Assembly: GCA_965221225.1 (NCBI GenBank)
Contig: CBDCRV010000008.1
Location: forward strand, 223,570-287,569
Direction: 5' to 3'
Source: Caldilineaceae bacterium
GTDB lineage: Bacteria > Chloroflexota > Anaerolineae > Caldilineales > Caldilineaceae
DNA: 64,000 nt
Below the pieces are notes generated by a model, which saw only the letters and a program-made list of their open reading frames with translations, did not search any database and was not told the origin of the DNA. Shown here in pieces: positions 30,570 to 42,400 of the stretch (positions are counted from its first letter, which is position 1; every line of letters starts with the position of its first letter). Both the position numbers and the translations under genes were made by a program.

Positions 30570-31292
30570 ATGGACAACCCCGAAAATACTGCGCAATCCA
30601 ACCCTGAAGAAACGGCGGCAGCCAAAACTGTTCAAACCCAACCCATTGCACCTGATCCATCATCGGAAGTACAGGCTCCTGAATCCGAGCCAGTTCCTGA
30701 GGAACACGCCCAGATTGCTGGAGAGTCTATGGCACAAACAGAGAGTTCAGAACCCAAAGAAGCCGGTGCTGTTCCACCCGAAGTGGTGAATAGGATCGAA
30801 GCGGCATCAACCGGAACCACCGCAGAGGAAGAGCCGGCCGCCTCCGAAGCTTCTCCGATACCGGTCCCAACAGCTGTTGAAGGCACTGCGCCAAGCGGCC
30901 CCGATACACCTCCCACTATCACCCCTCGCGACGTGCCATCGGGCCCCCGTCGCTTCGCCTCTCAAGGTCGTCGGGAAGGTCGAGAGAATGCAGAAGAGAT
31001 CACGGACCCGCGTATGAGGCGTCCAGCTGTTTTCGAACCTCGGAGCGGTCCATCTCATTCTCGCTTCAATCCGCGCCAACCTGTTGCTGAGGTTGACCCC
31101 TCGACCATCAATTACAAGAACGTGACTGTGTTGATGCGTTTCATTGATAATCAGGGCCGTATCCTGTCTCGCCGCAAATCAAGGGTGGATGCCAAGACCC
31201 AGCGACGAATTAAGACTGCTATCAAGCAGGCACGCCATTTGGCCCTGTTGCCTTACACTCCATCTCACATTCAGAGCCAACGGCGGCGTTAG
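30570..31292 (+). CDS. rpsR: 30S ribosomal protein S18 with a long acidic/Pro-rich N-terminal extension
   Basis: The C-terminal ~75 aa is the S18 core (INYKNVTVLMRFIDNQGRILSRRKSRVDAKTQRRIKTAIKQARHLALLPYT). The upstream ~148 codons are in frame, stop-free and have a G-rich first codon position. The internal ATG 31014 would give a conventional 92-aa S18. Confidence 0.8.
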   Translation: MDNPENTAQSNPEETAAAKTVQTQPIAPDPSSEVQAPESEPVPEEHAQIAGESMAQTESSEPKEAGAVPPEVVNRIEAASTGTTAEEEPAASEASPIPVPTAVEGTAPSGPDTPPTITPRDVPSGPRRFASQGRREGRENAEEITDPRMRRPAVFEPRSGPSHSRFNPRQPVAEVDPSTINYKNVTVLMRFIDNQGRILSRRKSRVDAKTQRRIKTAIKQARHLALLPYTPSHIQSQRRR

Positions 31293-31342
31293 GTGTTGGA
31301 TTCAGCTTTCTCTTAGGTTTCACCCAATAGTCAGTCTGATCA

Positions 31343-32611
31343 ATGGCAAGAAAGAACCGGAAACAAGACTCGACGGAACGTCGAGTCACGCCAAAAGAAC
31401 TACGCCATCGCAGTCGCCAGCAAAAGAAGGACCGGCAATTCATATTGATTGGTTCCGCGGCGGCGGCACTGTCGGTTGTTCTGATTCTGATAGGTTTCCT
31501 ATACACCTCGGTCTACCAACCAAACATCGCGGCTTTTGCGGTCGATGGTCAAGAGGTAACTACGGCCGAATTTCGCAAGCGGTACAACTACGAAAGAGCC
31601 AATATGGAAAACCGCTGGCGTTTCTACCGCATGGTGGAAAGCCAGTTTGGCGGTCAACCACAGACTCAGTTAGAAGCTAACCGTTTAAGTAACTACTTGC
31701 GAGACGCCTTCAGTCTGGGAGTCTTTGTCAAGACGCAGATGATAGAAGACCTACTGTTGGCTCAGGCAGCCCCTGCTGAAGGCGTTGTTGTTTCAGACCA
31801 AGAAGTAGAAATGGCCCTTGAACGAGAGGTCGCGAACCGATATGGAAAGGTAACGGCTGCTGCGGCCACAGCGACACTTGAAGCTGCGGAAGAACAGAAC
31901 AAGGTTCAGGCTGAGGCGGGAGAAGAGCCTTCTCCTCTACCGACCCCGGATGTACTAACGGCGACGGACATAGAGCAGGGGCTGCAAGGCATCGCCGCTG
32001 AGATGAAGGCTGAATACGATCTGTCCCTGGAAGAATATCGAACGATAGTGAGAGCCGGGCTGCTACGGCAAGCGCTGTCAGTGGAAATCGGAGAACGAGA
32101 ACTCGTCAAGACCGAGAGGCAGGTAAATCCAAGGCACATATTGCTACGTTTTGATGCAGAAGAAGCAGACCCCGCTACTTACGGACGTTCAGAGATAGAG
32201 ACTCTAGACTTGGCTGCAAGACTGTTAGACCGTCTACATGGCGGCGAGAGCTTTGGATACCTAGCCACACTGTACAGTGACGATCCTTCAGCCGCCAACA
32301 ACGAAGGGGATTTGGGCTGGGTGCGGAAAGGAAATTTGGTTGCAGAATTTGAAGAAGTAGCCTTTAATTTGTCGATTGGGGACTTGAGCGATCCAGTAAA
32401 ATCTGACTTTGGCTACCATATTATTCAGGTTCTGAAAGAAAATCAGAATGCTGACCGTCCGTCTAACGAGCTCCAGGCGGAGGCCACTGAAAAATTCAAT
32501 GAATGGCTGCAGTCCCTCCGAGACGCTGCTCAGATCGAGGAACGTGGCAAGCTGACAAGCCAGCTTCCCGCCGGCGCTGAACAGGCCTCTGCGGACTTCG
32601 CAGCACAATAG
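31343..32611 (+). CDS. Membrane-anchored parvulin-type peptidyl-prolyl isomerase (PrsA/PpiD/SurA-like)
   Basis: N-terminal basic segment plus a TM helix (FILIGSAAAALSVVLILIGFLY). The C-terminal rotamase domain carries PRHILL, GDLGWV and FGYHIIQV. Confidence 0.8.
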   Translation: MARKNRKQDSTERRVTPKELRHRSRQQKKDRQFILIGSAAAALSVVLILIGFLYTSVYQPNIAAFAVDGQEVTTAEFRKRYNYERANMENRWRFYRMVESQFGGQPQTQLEANRLSNYLRDAFSLGVFVKTQMIEDLLLAQAAPAEGVVVSDQEVEMALEREVANRYGKVTAAAATATLEAAEEQNKVQAEAGEEPSPLPTPDVLTATDIEQGLQGIAAEMKAEYDLSLEEYRTIVRAGLLRQALSVEIGERELVKTERQVNPRHILLRFDAEEADPATYGRSEIETLDLAARLLDRLHGGESFGYLATLYSDDPSAANNEGDLGWVRKGNLVAEFEEVAFNLSIGDLSDPVKSDFGYHIIQVLKENQNADRPSNELQAEATEKFNEWLQSLRDAAQIEERGKLTSQLPAGAEQASADFAAQ

Positions 32612-32724
32612 CTATCGAGACCCGGCGGTTGTCTTTGGAACCCTTGCTCTTCCACTGCCTCCATAATCCCTGTCGGTGGATGGTCGGTCGTAGGCTACAA
32701 GTTTAGGAAACGCCAATCCAAAGG

Positions 32725-33735
32725 ATGTCTGAAATGGAATATAGATTGCTGGGACGAACTGGTGTAAAAGTATCCACAATATGTTTAGGAACCTGGATGT
32801 TCGGGCAGGCTACAGATCCTGAAGCAGCTTTCAGCATGGTGGCAGCTGCCTTGGACTCAGGCGTCAATTTTGTAGATACTGCCAATGTTTATTCACGCGG
32901 GGTCAGCGAAGAAATAACTGGCGAAGCCTTGAAGCGCAGCGGCAAAAGGAATAGCGTTGTACTGGCCACCAAAGTTCATGGCGGCATGGGGGACGACGAT
33001 CTGAACATGCAGGGAACATCTCGTCGGCACGTAATCGAACAGTGCCATGCCAGCCTCAAGCGACTTCAGACTGACTACATTGACCTCTATCAGTTGCACA
33101 GGCCGCGTACAGACACTGCTATAGATGAAACTTTGCGAGCCATGGACGATCTTATTCGAGACGGAAAAGTACGCTACATTGGCACCAGTACTTATGCTGC
33201 CTGGCAGTTGTTGGAGTCCCTGTGGGTGTCCAAGGAATACGGGCTGAACCGTTTCATTTCCGAACAGCCGCCCTACCATATACTCGACCGTAGAATAGAA
33301 CGGGAAATGGTACCCATGGCTCAATCTTACGGAATCGGCATTCTACCTTGGAGTCCACTGGCCGGGGGCCTATTGACAGGAAAATACCGCAGAGGTCAGG
33401 CCCCCCCGGCCGGCAGCCGATTTGACAGAATGAAAAATTGGGACCATCGATTTGTAGAAGAGAGTTTCCGAGTGATCGATGGACTGGCCCCTTTGGCGGC
33501 CGCCAAGCAATGTTCCATGGCGCAATTCGCTTTAGGTTGGGTCATGCATCAGCCAGGCATCACAAGTGCGATCATTGGACCGCGGACTCAGGAACAACTA
33601 GAGGACAATCTGGGAGCCGCAAGAATCGAAATTTCATCAGAAGACTGTACGGCCGTAGACGAGTTAGTGCCGCCTGGCCGTATGATTTCTCCTTTCTATG
33701 AGGCCAATTTCGGCCCTTCAGAATTCCGTTGGTAA
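32725..33735 (+). CDS. Aldo/keto reductase
   Basis: MEYRLLGRTGVKVSTICLGTWMFG, NFVDTANVY, DYIDLYQLHRP and IGTSTY are typical AKR blocks. Confidence 0.9.
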   Translation: MSEMEYRLLGRTGVKVSTICLGTWMFGQATDPEAAFSMVAAALDSGVNFVDTANVYSRGVSEEITGEALKRSGKRNSVVLATKVHGGMGDDDLNMQGTSRRHVIEQCHASLKRLQTDYIDLYQLHRPRTDTAIDETLRAMDDLIRDGKVRYIGTSTYAAWQLLESLWVSKEYGLNRFISEQPPYHILDRRIEREMVPMAQSYGIGILPWSPLAGGLLTGKYRRGQAPPAGSRFDRMKNWDHRFVEESFRVIDGLAPLAAAKQCSMAQFALGWVMHQPGITSAIIGPRTQEQLEDNLGAARIEISSEDCTAVDELVPPGRMISPFYEANFGPSEFRW

Positions 33736-33759
33736 CCCCCTTTTGCAAGGAGCACCATA

Positions 33760-34617
33760 ATGCGCATGCAACCTTTCGGCAGCACCGGTCATGATAGCTC
33801 TGCATTGATATTCGGGGCCTTTGCTGTAGGTGCTTGCAATCAAGAAAAAGCCGACTTTCTGCTTGCCAAACTGTTGGACCACGGAGTCAACCATATTGAT
33901 GCAGCCCGATCCTATGCTGATGCCGAACTGCGCATTGGCCCTTGGATGGGATCGCACAGGAATGATTTCTTCCTGGCTACCAAGACAGGTGAGCGCACTT
34001 ATAAAGAAGCTAAGAGGGAAATACATGAATCGTTGGACCGACTACAGGTTGAATGCGTGGATTTAATCCAACTCCATAACCTGGTAAATCCCACAGAATG
34101 GGAGATCGCGCTTGCAGATGGAGGGGCCTTGCAGGCAGCTGTTGAAGCAAGAGATGAAGGCAAAGTCCGTTTTATTGGCGTGACCGGACATGGCTTGACG
34201 GTGGCCTGCATGCATTTGCGCAGCCTGGAAGCTTTTCCCTTTGATGCGGTCCTGCTGCCATGGAATTACGTGCTGGCGCAAGAAGCTCAATATAGCCAGG
34301 ATTTTAATCAACTCTGTGCCCTGTGCAAGGAACGAGGAGTTGCTGTACAAACCATAAAAGGCCTTACGCGTCGGCCCTGGGGCCAGCACCCCAAGAACCG
34401 GACCACTTGGTATCAGCCTCTGGAAGAACAGGAAAGTATCGACTCCGCAGTGAGCTGGATTTTAGGCCAGCTAGACATCTTCCTAAACTCAGCCGGTGAT
34501 CCTGAACTGCTACCCGCAGTATTGGATGCAGCCTCCCGGTTTGCCGTCAAGCCAGATGAAGCGATCATGGAAGCGGTGTTCAGGGATCAAGAAATGGCAA
34601 CAATATTTTCCTCTTAG
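33760..34617 (+). CDS. Aldo/keto reductase family oxidoreductase (short form)
   Basis: GVNHIDAARSYADAE, VDLIQLHN and VRFIGVTGH resemble the AKR fold. It is a shorter paralogue of the upstream gene. Confidence 0.75.
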   Translation: MRMQPFGSTGHDSSALIFGAFAVGACNQEKADFLLAKLLDHGVNHIDAARSYADAELRIGPWMGSHRNDFFLATKTGERTYKEAKREIHESLDRLQVECVDLIQLHNLVNPTEWEIALADGGALQAAVEARDEGKVRFIGVTGHGLTVACMHLRSLEAFPFDAVLLPWNYVLAQEAQYSQDFNQLCALCKERGVAVQTIKGLTRRPWGQHPKNRTTWYQPLEEQESIDSAVSWILGQLDIFLNSAGDPELLPAVLDAASRFAVKPDEAIMEAVFRDQEMATIFSS

Positions 34618-34683
34618 ACAGGGAGTTTCCTAACATTGATAGCCACCGTGGGTAAGGTCGTACCCTGACGCCGGGTTTCGCAG

Positions 34684-35469
34684 TCATTCAATGGCTGGCA
34701 ACTTATGAAATGCTTTGAGCGCTTTCGTCACTTCAGACACGATCACATCCAGCATTTGCCGTCCTTGAGCAGGTGTGCCTTTGTAAGGTTCGTCGGAGAA
34801 GCCTCCCTGAGCTGCCCAGGAACCTTTGGTTTGAACTGTTGTAGGCAAAGATCCGTGAACAGGTTTCACTAGATCAGGTCGATCCTTGACCCACTGCATG
34901 TCCGCTTCAGATAGAGATGCTGGCTTCACGGCCAACATCAAAGCTGTCTCGAATTCTCCCGCGTGACCCGGTATGCGGTCATTATCTATGAGGCTGGAAG
35001 CCACCAGCGCGTTACGAGCGATATTCCAATAATCCGCGGCTGTCACATGGGCCCCAAAACCCAGTCGATTAACGAAATCCTGCGCCACAATTGCGTTTGG
35101 GGCAGTGTTGCCACCATGTCCATTCAGTATAAATAGACGTCGAAATCCAGACTGATACAGCCCTTCCAAAATGTCTGTGACGGTGGCTATATAGTTAATA
35201 CTGGAAAGTGACAAAACTCCAGGATACGGTCGGTGGTGGTGTGAGTTGCCCCAGGATTGGGTGGGGGCCAGGCAAATACTTCCCGATTCCATTTCAGCTG
35301 TGGCCCGTTCCACGGCTTGTTCGGCTACATGGGTACAAAGCACAGTGTCCACATTAATGGGTAAATGGGGACCATGCTGTTCGATCGAGGCAGTAGGCAA
35401 TACCACGGTGCCGGTTCGGGCTCTGTCCTGAATCTGGGTCCGTGTCAGTAGTTGCAAATGCATGCTCAA
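34684..35469 (-). CDS. Creatininase-family amidohydrolase
   Basis: VVLPTASIEQHGPHLPINVD, NGHGGN and GHAGEFET match creatininase-family metal-ligand blocks. TTG 35469 lies 5 nt after AAGGAT. Confidence 0.85.
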   Translation of the reverse strand: MSMHLQLLTRTQIQDRARTGTVVLPTASIEQHGPHLPINVDTVLCTHVAEQAVERATAEMESGSICLAPTQSWGNSHHHRPYPGVLSLSSINYIATVTDILEGLYQSGFRRLFILNGHGGNTAPNAIVAQDFVNRLGFGAHVTAADYWNIARNALVASSLIDNDRIPGHAGEFETALMLAVKPASLSEADMQWVKDRPDLVKPVHGSLPTTVQTKGSWAAQGGFSDEPYKGTPAQGRQMLDVIVSEVTKALKAFHKLPAIE

Positions 35470-35524
35470 ACTTTATCCTTATCTGTCGATTCTTGCGCAT
35501 GACACTGGTGCAGGTGCCAGAAAC

Positions 35525-36400
35525 TCAATGTAAGTATGGTAAGTAGCCCCGGCGACCTGTGTGGGCTTGCAACAAATGACCTTCAGTAGAAGTTACAAAA
35601 AGCGTCTGCAGCAAGGGACCCCCGAAAGTGCAATTGGTGGGCCTATTGCAAGGCACCGGGTGAGTTTCTAGTATCCTCCCGTTGGGTGCCATAACATTGA
35701 TCATGGGCCCAGGACCGCTCAATTCCCAACCCGAAGTGGCAATGATATTGCCTTCTGCATCAAGGCACATGCCGTCGATACCGCGGTGAGGGTAGAAATT
35801 GTGTAGCACTTCATATTGGCCGAGTTCGCCCTCTGAAAGGATTGGATAGGCTCTGAGTTCCCGTTTCTGATTGTCCCCATACTTGCTCTCCGCTACATAC
35901 AAAACGGATTCGTCGCGCGAGAGAAGGATACCGTTGGGTGAGGTAGTGTCGAAAGTCATGCGTCGACATTTCCAGCTGTCCGTCGATTCCAGTGTTAAGC
36001 GATAAACAGATTCATGGTCCAACTCCATGTCGCTGCGGTTCTCTCCGTAGCGCGGGTCAGTGAACCAGACCTGTCCCTTCCTGTCCACGGCTACATCATT
36101 CGGACTATTGAGTCTTTTACCTTCATAACTCGAACAGATGTCCACTGGTTCCGAGGCGGAGCCATACTGGACCATACGTCTTCCTTCACCTTCACAAGCA
36201 TACAGAAAGCCCTGTTGATCCAGCATCAGGCCATTGCTGGCCTGCGTATTTGTGATATGGGGGAAGACCTGGCCTGAAGCCGGGTGATAACACATGACTC
36301 GGCTGCTCGCAATGTGCGAAAAGTACAGCACTGTATCTGCCCAGACTGGGCCCTCTGTAATTCCATCTAGCTGTGTAAGAGTTTCAAAATTCCAGATCAC
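35525..36400 (-). CDS. SMP-30/gluconolactonase/LRE-family protein
   Basis: ITEGPVW, LNSPNDVAVDRKGQVWFTDP and PNGILLS are typical of six-bladed propeller lactonases. The GTG start is preceded by AGGAG and lies 12 nt downstream of the A2M stop. Confidence 0.85.
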   Translation of the reverse strand: MIWNFETLTQLDGITEGPVWADTVLYFSHIASSRVMCYHPASGQVFPHITNTQASNGLMLDQQGFLYACEGEGRRMVQYGSASEPVDICSSYEGKRLNSPNDVAVDRKGQVWFTDPRYGENRSDMELDHESVYRLTLESTDSWKCRRMTFDTTSPNGILLSRDESVLYVAESKYGDNQKRELRAYPILSEGELGQYEVLHNFYPHRGIDGMCLDAEGNIIATSGWELSGPGPMINVMAPNGRILETHPVPCNRPTNCTFGGPLLQTLFVTSTEGHLLQAHTGRRGYLPYLH

Positions 36401-36412
36401 CGTGCTTTGCTC

Positions 36413-39400
36413 CTATTCTAAGGCGACCACAACCACCTGGTCCGTGGCGGTGCGCCCAAACGTTTCCGGCGCGTACAGCTCCACGGCCGCGGCCGGTGGA
36501 ACCACGAATGTCCCGGAAGTGGTGGCTCGAGCCTCTATATCGTACTCATAGACTCCGCCTGGCAAATAAGTTGCTATGGCCTGGGCTCTTTCATCCAACA
36601 GCTGCTGGTGGTCGTACCACGGCCCGTAGTACCAAGACTTAGGGCTTACGAACGGATCTGACGAAGGAGAGATTCCTCTTAGCGCTGGATTGATCAGTTC
36701 CATACCTGCTGGTAGCGGGCTGGTCAAGGACACATGGTAACGAGGACCAACCGCCACCAGGGTGACATTGATGCCCACTCTGGCCCCCCATTTGATATGC
36801 CAGACCCCATTCTCTGCTTGCCACACGTCTGCGGGATCATCCAGGCCTCGGAAGGACCTCAGTACAGTAAAGCCGCGTTCGACAGGATCCAATATGAGAT
36901 CAGTGGGGACGTATTCCAAGCCAAGACGATAGTACATTCGCCCGACCCCTTCTCGCTGCAACAGGATTCTTTCAGGTTGTTTCTCAGCCAGCCAATCCAT
37001 AGGCAGGAATGCTTGTTTGGTAGTAAGGCTGCGGCCGGTGAAGACTTCGTCATAGATCAAGGTTTCATCCAGCCAAGCCCTACCAATGTAGTTAGGTTCA
37101 ATGTCCTCGAACCGACGGTAGTAATCGCGCATGGCCAAAATTACAAAGACATTGCTTTGAGTACTGCCCCAATGACCCCGGCGCCGATCTGCCAGCAAAC
37201 CTGCCACCAATTTGGGCATCAAATCTGTTTCGGGCCGGGTTCGGATTAACGCTTGCAACAAGATAGCACCTGTTCTCTTATTGGAACTCAGGATCAGATG
37301 CCCATCTTCTTCTCTATATCCAGTAGCGAAGTTCGCCTTGCCCGCTGTTTCGTCTACCCGATCCAACAGGTAATCCCATATCTCTTGAACCTTCTCCTCA
37401 TTCCCCGTAGACATGCTCAACACCTGATTCACCCAAGCCAGTGCTTCACCTGACTGCATTGGCCAATCCATTCTGTTCACAATACCCAAGGCAGCCTCGA
37501 TGTCCACATCCTGCTGCAGTGCTCGGGCATACAAGGCATATGCCTCGATTAAGTCGCGAATCCGCTGGGAATAATAATTCGGGAAACTCGAGCGGATATC
37601 CACCAGATAGGAAAGACCATTTGTCAAGACCTCATCACTCACTTCATATCCGGCCGTCCGGGCTTCTATCAATGCATGAAGTACGTAAACGGATGTGAAT
37701 GGCCAGGAATCAAAATATGTTGCCTCCTGAGGCCACAGCGGAAAACCCCCATCAGGATTTTGGGATTCCTGAACCTGCAATATGTTCGCTTGGACTGATT
37801 CATCGATCTCCTGTGGCGACGGCAGGTCCGGCAAACTGAATACAGTCATTACTTCTCGTAAAGCAGAACTGGCCATAATGCGCGAGGCCAGAGTTTCAGT
37901 ACTAAGCCAGTGTTTGGTGAGCGTATCCAGGTAAGCATCGGCCAATGAATGCAGTAGTGTCGATGAAACTCCCATACTAAGAGCCCCAAAATCTGAATGA
38001 ACATCAGTGGGCCACTTGAAGGCCTGCAGAACCATTTCGTCCTCAACTAAGCCGTAAGTGGCAAAGCCTTCTTTTGCCGCCGGAGTAAACACCGGGAATT
38101 CCACCTGCACGTGGTCCTCCAATTGGGAGTTGAATACACTAACCAGCAGTTGCTGCTTACCGGTGAAGGCAGCAATGGCTGGCCGCGCCACCAACTGCCG
38201 GCTCTGTGCAGGCACTGTCATGGATACTGCATCGAAATTCAGGTCATGCACTTGATGGGCTAAAGCCAAACCATTGCTTTGCAAGAACAATGTCACTTCC
38301 TGATCTGAGAGGGTCTGGTTTTCCACGACGAATTGCAATTGAGCGGAGTCGCCATAGTTGAGAAACCTAGGAAGTTGGGTCCGGATCTGTAGGGGTAGGC
38401 GCGCAACGAGCGCAGATTCATTCAGCCCGTAGAAGCGGGGACCGGAGGTAGCCATAGCCACAATCCGATACTGCCCCACCAGATCGGGCAATCTCCAAGA
38501 AGCAGTAAATCTGCCCTCAGAGTCTGTGGCACCAGTAGGACGGTATACAGCCAGCGGGTTGAAATCTAAGCGTACAGTAGGGGATGCTATACCAGTCTTG
38601 GCACTTTGGGATGTGCTTGTCCTGAATACTGCATTTCCGCTGTCGGCATCCGCCATGTCCGCAGGTTGCTGGGGTAAACCGGCGGATTCCTGCGTCACCA
38701 TCGCCATCACCATGGGGCCTCCACCCATTCCGAGATCTGCCTCCAAGCGTTCCGAAACTTCACTTCTTGACTGCAGCAAATGGTCAATCAGCTGATAGGA
38801 GGAAAGGTTCCGGTATCTATGGGGGTAAAAAGTCTCGATGGGGTTATTGTAAATATAGCCCGCCAACGACAAGATCGCTTCATCTACTGCCAAGAGCACC
38901 ACTTCCGCATCAGGTACCGGATTCCCCTCTGGGTCTTTGACCACGATTTCGATCTCCGCGGTGTCTCCAGGAGCCATTTCTTCAGCTGAGAGTTCCATTT
39001 CGAGAGTCAATTCACGCGAAATTGGAGGAATCGACAGATCCACGGAGCCCTGCGCTGCGGCCAGATGATTGTGTTTGGCTCCTTCTCCTCCAGCTGTGAC
39101 CCCTGTCAGGTACACCGTAACTGAGAGGTTTGGAAAAGTGGCCAATTCCTGGATGGAAATCTCCAGCAAATGCTGTCCTTCCGTTATTTCTATGGATGCA
39201 TGGGTCAGGATTCCGCCCCGATTGGTCAGCACGGTGCCATATGCAGGAAGAAAGGGGGCCTGTAACAGGATACGGGCCGTATCACCAATTTCGTAAGTAT
39301 CCCGGTCCGCGACCAATTTGACTTCTGATCTTCCAGAATCTGACGACGGCAGTAGCCCCTTGCCCACCACATATCTCTGCAATAGAGTTACGTTTTCGCG

Positions 39401-42400
39401 GCCTAAATTGTCCATAGTGGAGATTCTGAAATCCCAAAGGCCTGGCTCAGCCAGTTTAACTTCACAGTACACGGGTTGTTCGGCGGACAAAACTGTGCAA
39501 TCGACTTCCTCCTGCATCTCTCGTCCCAAAGGCAACGTCGCATAGCTTGTGCTCTGACGCAGGATTCCCTGTATTAATACTTCCTGACCTGGCACGACCT
39601 CCCCGGCCACATCCACCACCACTAAGGAAATAGTCTCAGTTTCATTCTGAGTAAAGAGATAGGACCTTGTCTTGACCCCAACAAATTGGTTGGAAGGGTG
39701 TATGAGGAATTGGTCGGAGGTTGATTGCGTCTGTTTCGACAGGTCTTGGACAGTGGCGTTGGCTTCCAACAGATAGGTAACAGGAGACCCAATCACTGAG
39801 GGTCTAATATCAATTCCATGGGTGCCTTGAATCGACAGAGTTCCATCCAGCATAGCCCCACTGCCCTCGCCGCTTTCGATACCAACATAGTCGAAGCTAG
39901 ACCTATGCCAAGGCTCGATAATGTGTCCTCCGAACGTATATTCGTCCCAGCCAGGCGGCGCGAAATGTGAAGGGTAACCGGAGACTTGCCACATGACTTC
40001 CGAATTGGCAAGAGGGCCGCCCCCGTAATAGTGAGCCTGCAATTCCAAAGACACTGTGGTATCCATGAATTGGGGACCGCCGTTTCTCTTCAACGCCAGC
40101 GCGAATTCCGGCCGCCGGAATTCCTGAATCTCTAATCCAGTGCAAGTCAAATGGGAACCCGCCTTTCGAATGTCCCATTCGACCGCATTCTGCAGGCAGA
40201 TGTAACCGTAACCAGAATTAGCATCAGCCGGGATCTGAAAGGCGAAGTCAATGGCTTCACGTTCATTCAAAGTAGTCGTACCCGTCTCGAACTCGATGCC
40301 GCGGGAGTCCATGACCGAGTATTTCAGAGAGTTGTTTTCTTGGCCAGTGAATTCAACATCTCCAGTTGGGTCCATGTCGATCTGGCGAAGCCAACCTTTG
40401 ACATGAACTTCCTCACCAGGTTTGTACAAAAGTCGATCGGTAAAAAGGTGAAAGCTGAGGCGAACAGCGCTGTCATGGTTGCGCCAGAAAGGTCTATTGG
40501 AGTAGTGATAGGATCTGGGCAAAATAGCCGTATCCAAACCCAATCGGGCCTCGATATAGTGTGGCAGAGAACTTTCGAGTCCATTCGCATCTAGGTCGAA
40601 TGTAGCGTGGCCGTCGCCGAGTGTGGTTCTCTGTTTTCCCAGAGGATGAAGAGTGAGGTTGACATCCGGTTTCGGTGTACCCCTAGTCAGATAACTTGCT
40701 CTAACCACCAGAAGATCTTCATCTGCATAAGCATCCAGATTGATGTCAGTGGCTTGTATCCACACGGCATTAGTTTCGACGAATCTTTCCCAATCGAACA
40801 GGCTCCTAGACGGTGTGAGGAACAAAACTAGATGTCCCCGGCTATCTTTCAGGTAGGGGTTCAGATCAAGGTCATATTTCGTGAATTCAGAATTCGAAGA
40901 CTCCACGTCTATCCAATCGCTGAAAACAGGCGTAGAGCCAAACAGCTTGCGTTCACTCCAAGGAAACTGAAATAGACCTTCACGGACTTTCAGGTAGTCG
41001 GGCCAATCCCCGGGACTTACGGAATAGACCTGAACCCTGACTTTTTCAAGATTTCGGGAATATAAGGGATAGAAGCCTTCACTGGAGGAAGGCAGCAACG
41101 TCATAATGCCCGGGTCCTGCAGCCAAGGCCTGGCTTCACCAACACTGAATTGAACTTCTTGAGTGGTACTGAATGTCTGGCCATACACATCTCGCGGGCC
41201 AGGGCGCCAAGTAAGCGTATATATGGTGTTGGCCGAAGTCGACCCAAAGATGGTTATATCCCCCCAAGGAGAAACAGAAAGTTTGCCATCGGGAAGGGGT
41301 GGAGAAATGTCCAATTGATCTGATGAGACAGAATCGATTACAAGCGGGTTATTAAATGCCAAATAAAAGGGTTCGCCGGGCTCGCAGTCGTAGGCATGAC
41401 GCCCGGTAACGGCACAACTCTGATCCTCTAGCCGGAGGCCTCCGATGGTGCGGAATGAGACTAGCTGACTCGCCATGGAAGGCAAAGGGCCCTCGGCAGA
41501 GGGAGCCCCTGCGGCTACTTCCACAGTTACAGTTGTATTAGGGGCAGCTTCTTCGAGGGGCTGTAACACCACTATTCGGTCAGGATGCGCGTTGTCAAGA
41601 AATCTATTGAGTTCGGTTGGTAGATCAAAGAAGCTTGGCTTTATTACAGCGAATTCCATTTCTCGGCCGCCCGACTGTACGGAAAGAAAAGGCTTGAGAT
41701 GGGTGCTGTTTACAGCCTGATTGAATTCCAATGCAACAAAGGGACGCAAGGGCTGTCGCTCTGCACCAGGGTAGCGTCGGTAAAGAGCCAGTGGAGCCGT
41801 GCTGAATTCCCAGAGAAAAGGGAACTCCAGGGATTCCTTTCCGATTGAGGGAAGCCCGGCCGGTACTTCAACCCGATAGGTAGTAGCCCCTGGTAACCTT
41901 CCTTCGGCTTTGAAACTCAATGTGCGGGTCCCTACCCAACTCCAAGTGCCAGGCACCTCCGGAGTCATGATTACGGGAAGTTCCAATTCTGCCAGCTGAG
42001 CCTGGCTGGTCAGAGGAACCATGGGCAGAGAGAAAGTCAAACTGATGCCGGCGGCCCGATCCACGTCCTGCGCGGGACTGTAACGAACTACCTGCAAGGT
42101 GCGATCCGCTATTTCCTCGGGGACGCCTAATTGCTCATCTGGCGGAAAAGCCACCGCTTCCAAATCACCGACCGGTGGGGGATTCCGGCGAGCTGTCGGT
42201 AGTGAATGGCTGGAAGGGGGTCTCTGCCCGGCGCTAAGTTCCGGCACTCTGTGGAGGAGAGCTGCTGCCTCCGCCTCCGTCAAAAGCCTGACAGATGCAT
42301 GAACTAGCTCCGTTACCTCAGAAGAAGCCGGTTCTGCGCTTTCCTCCAACTCGATCCCAAGCTCCGCGGTCCAAGGCGCACCATTTTCTCCGTAACTTTC

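Noticed and set aside
31144-31680. 178-aa plus-strand ORF overlapping the rpsR 3' end and the parvulin gene start
   Set aside because: It is out of frame with two well-supported genes and its product has no motifs.
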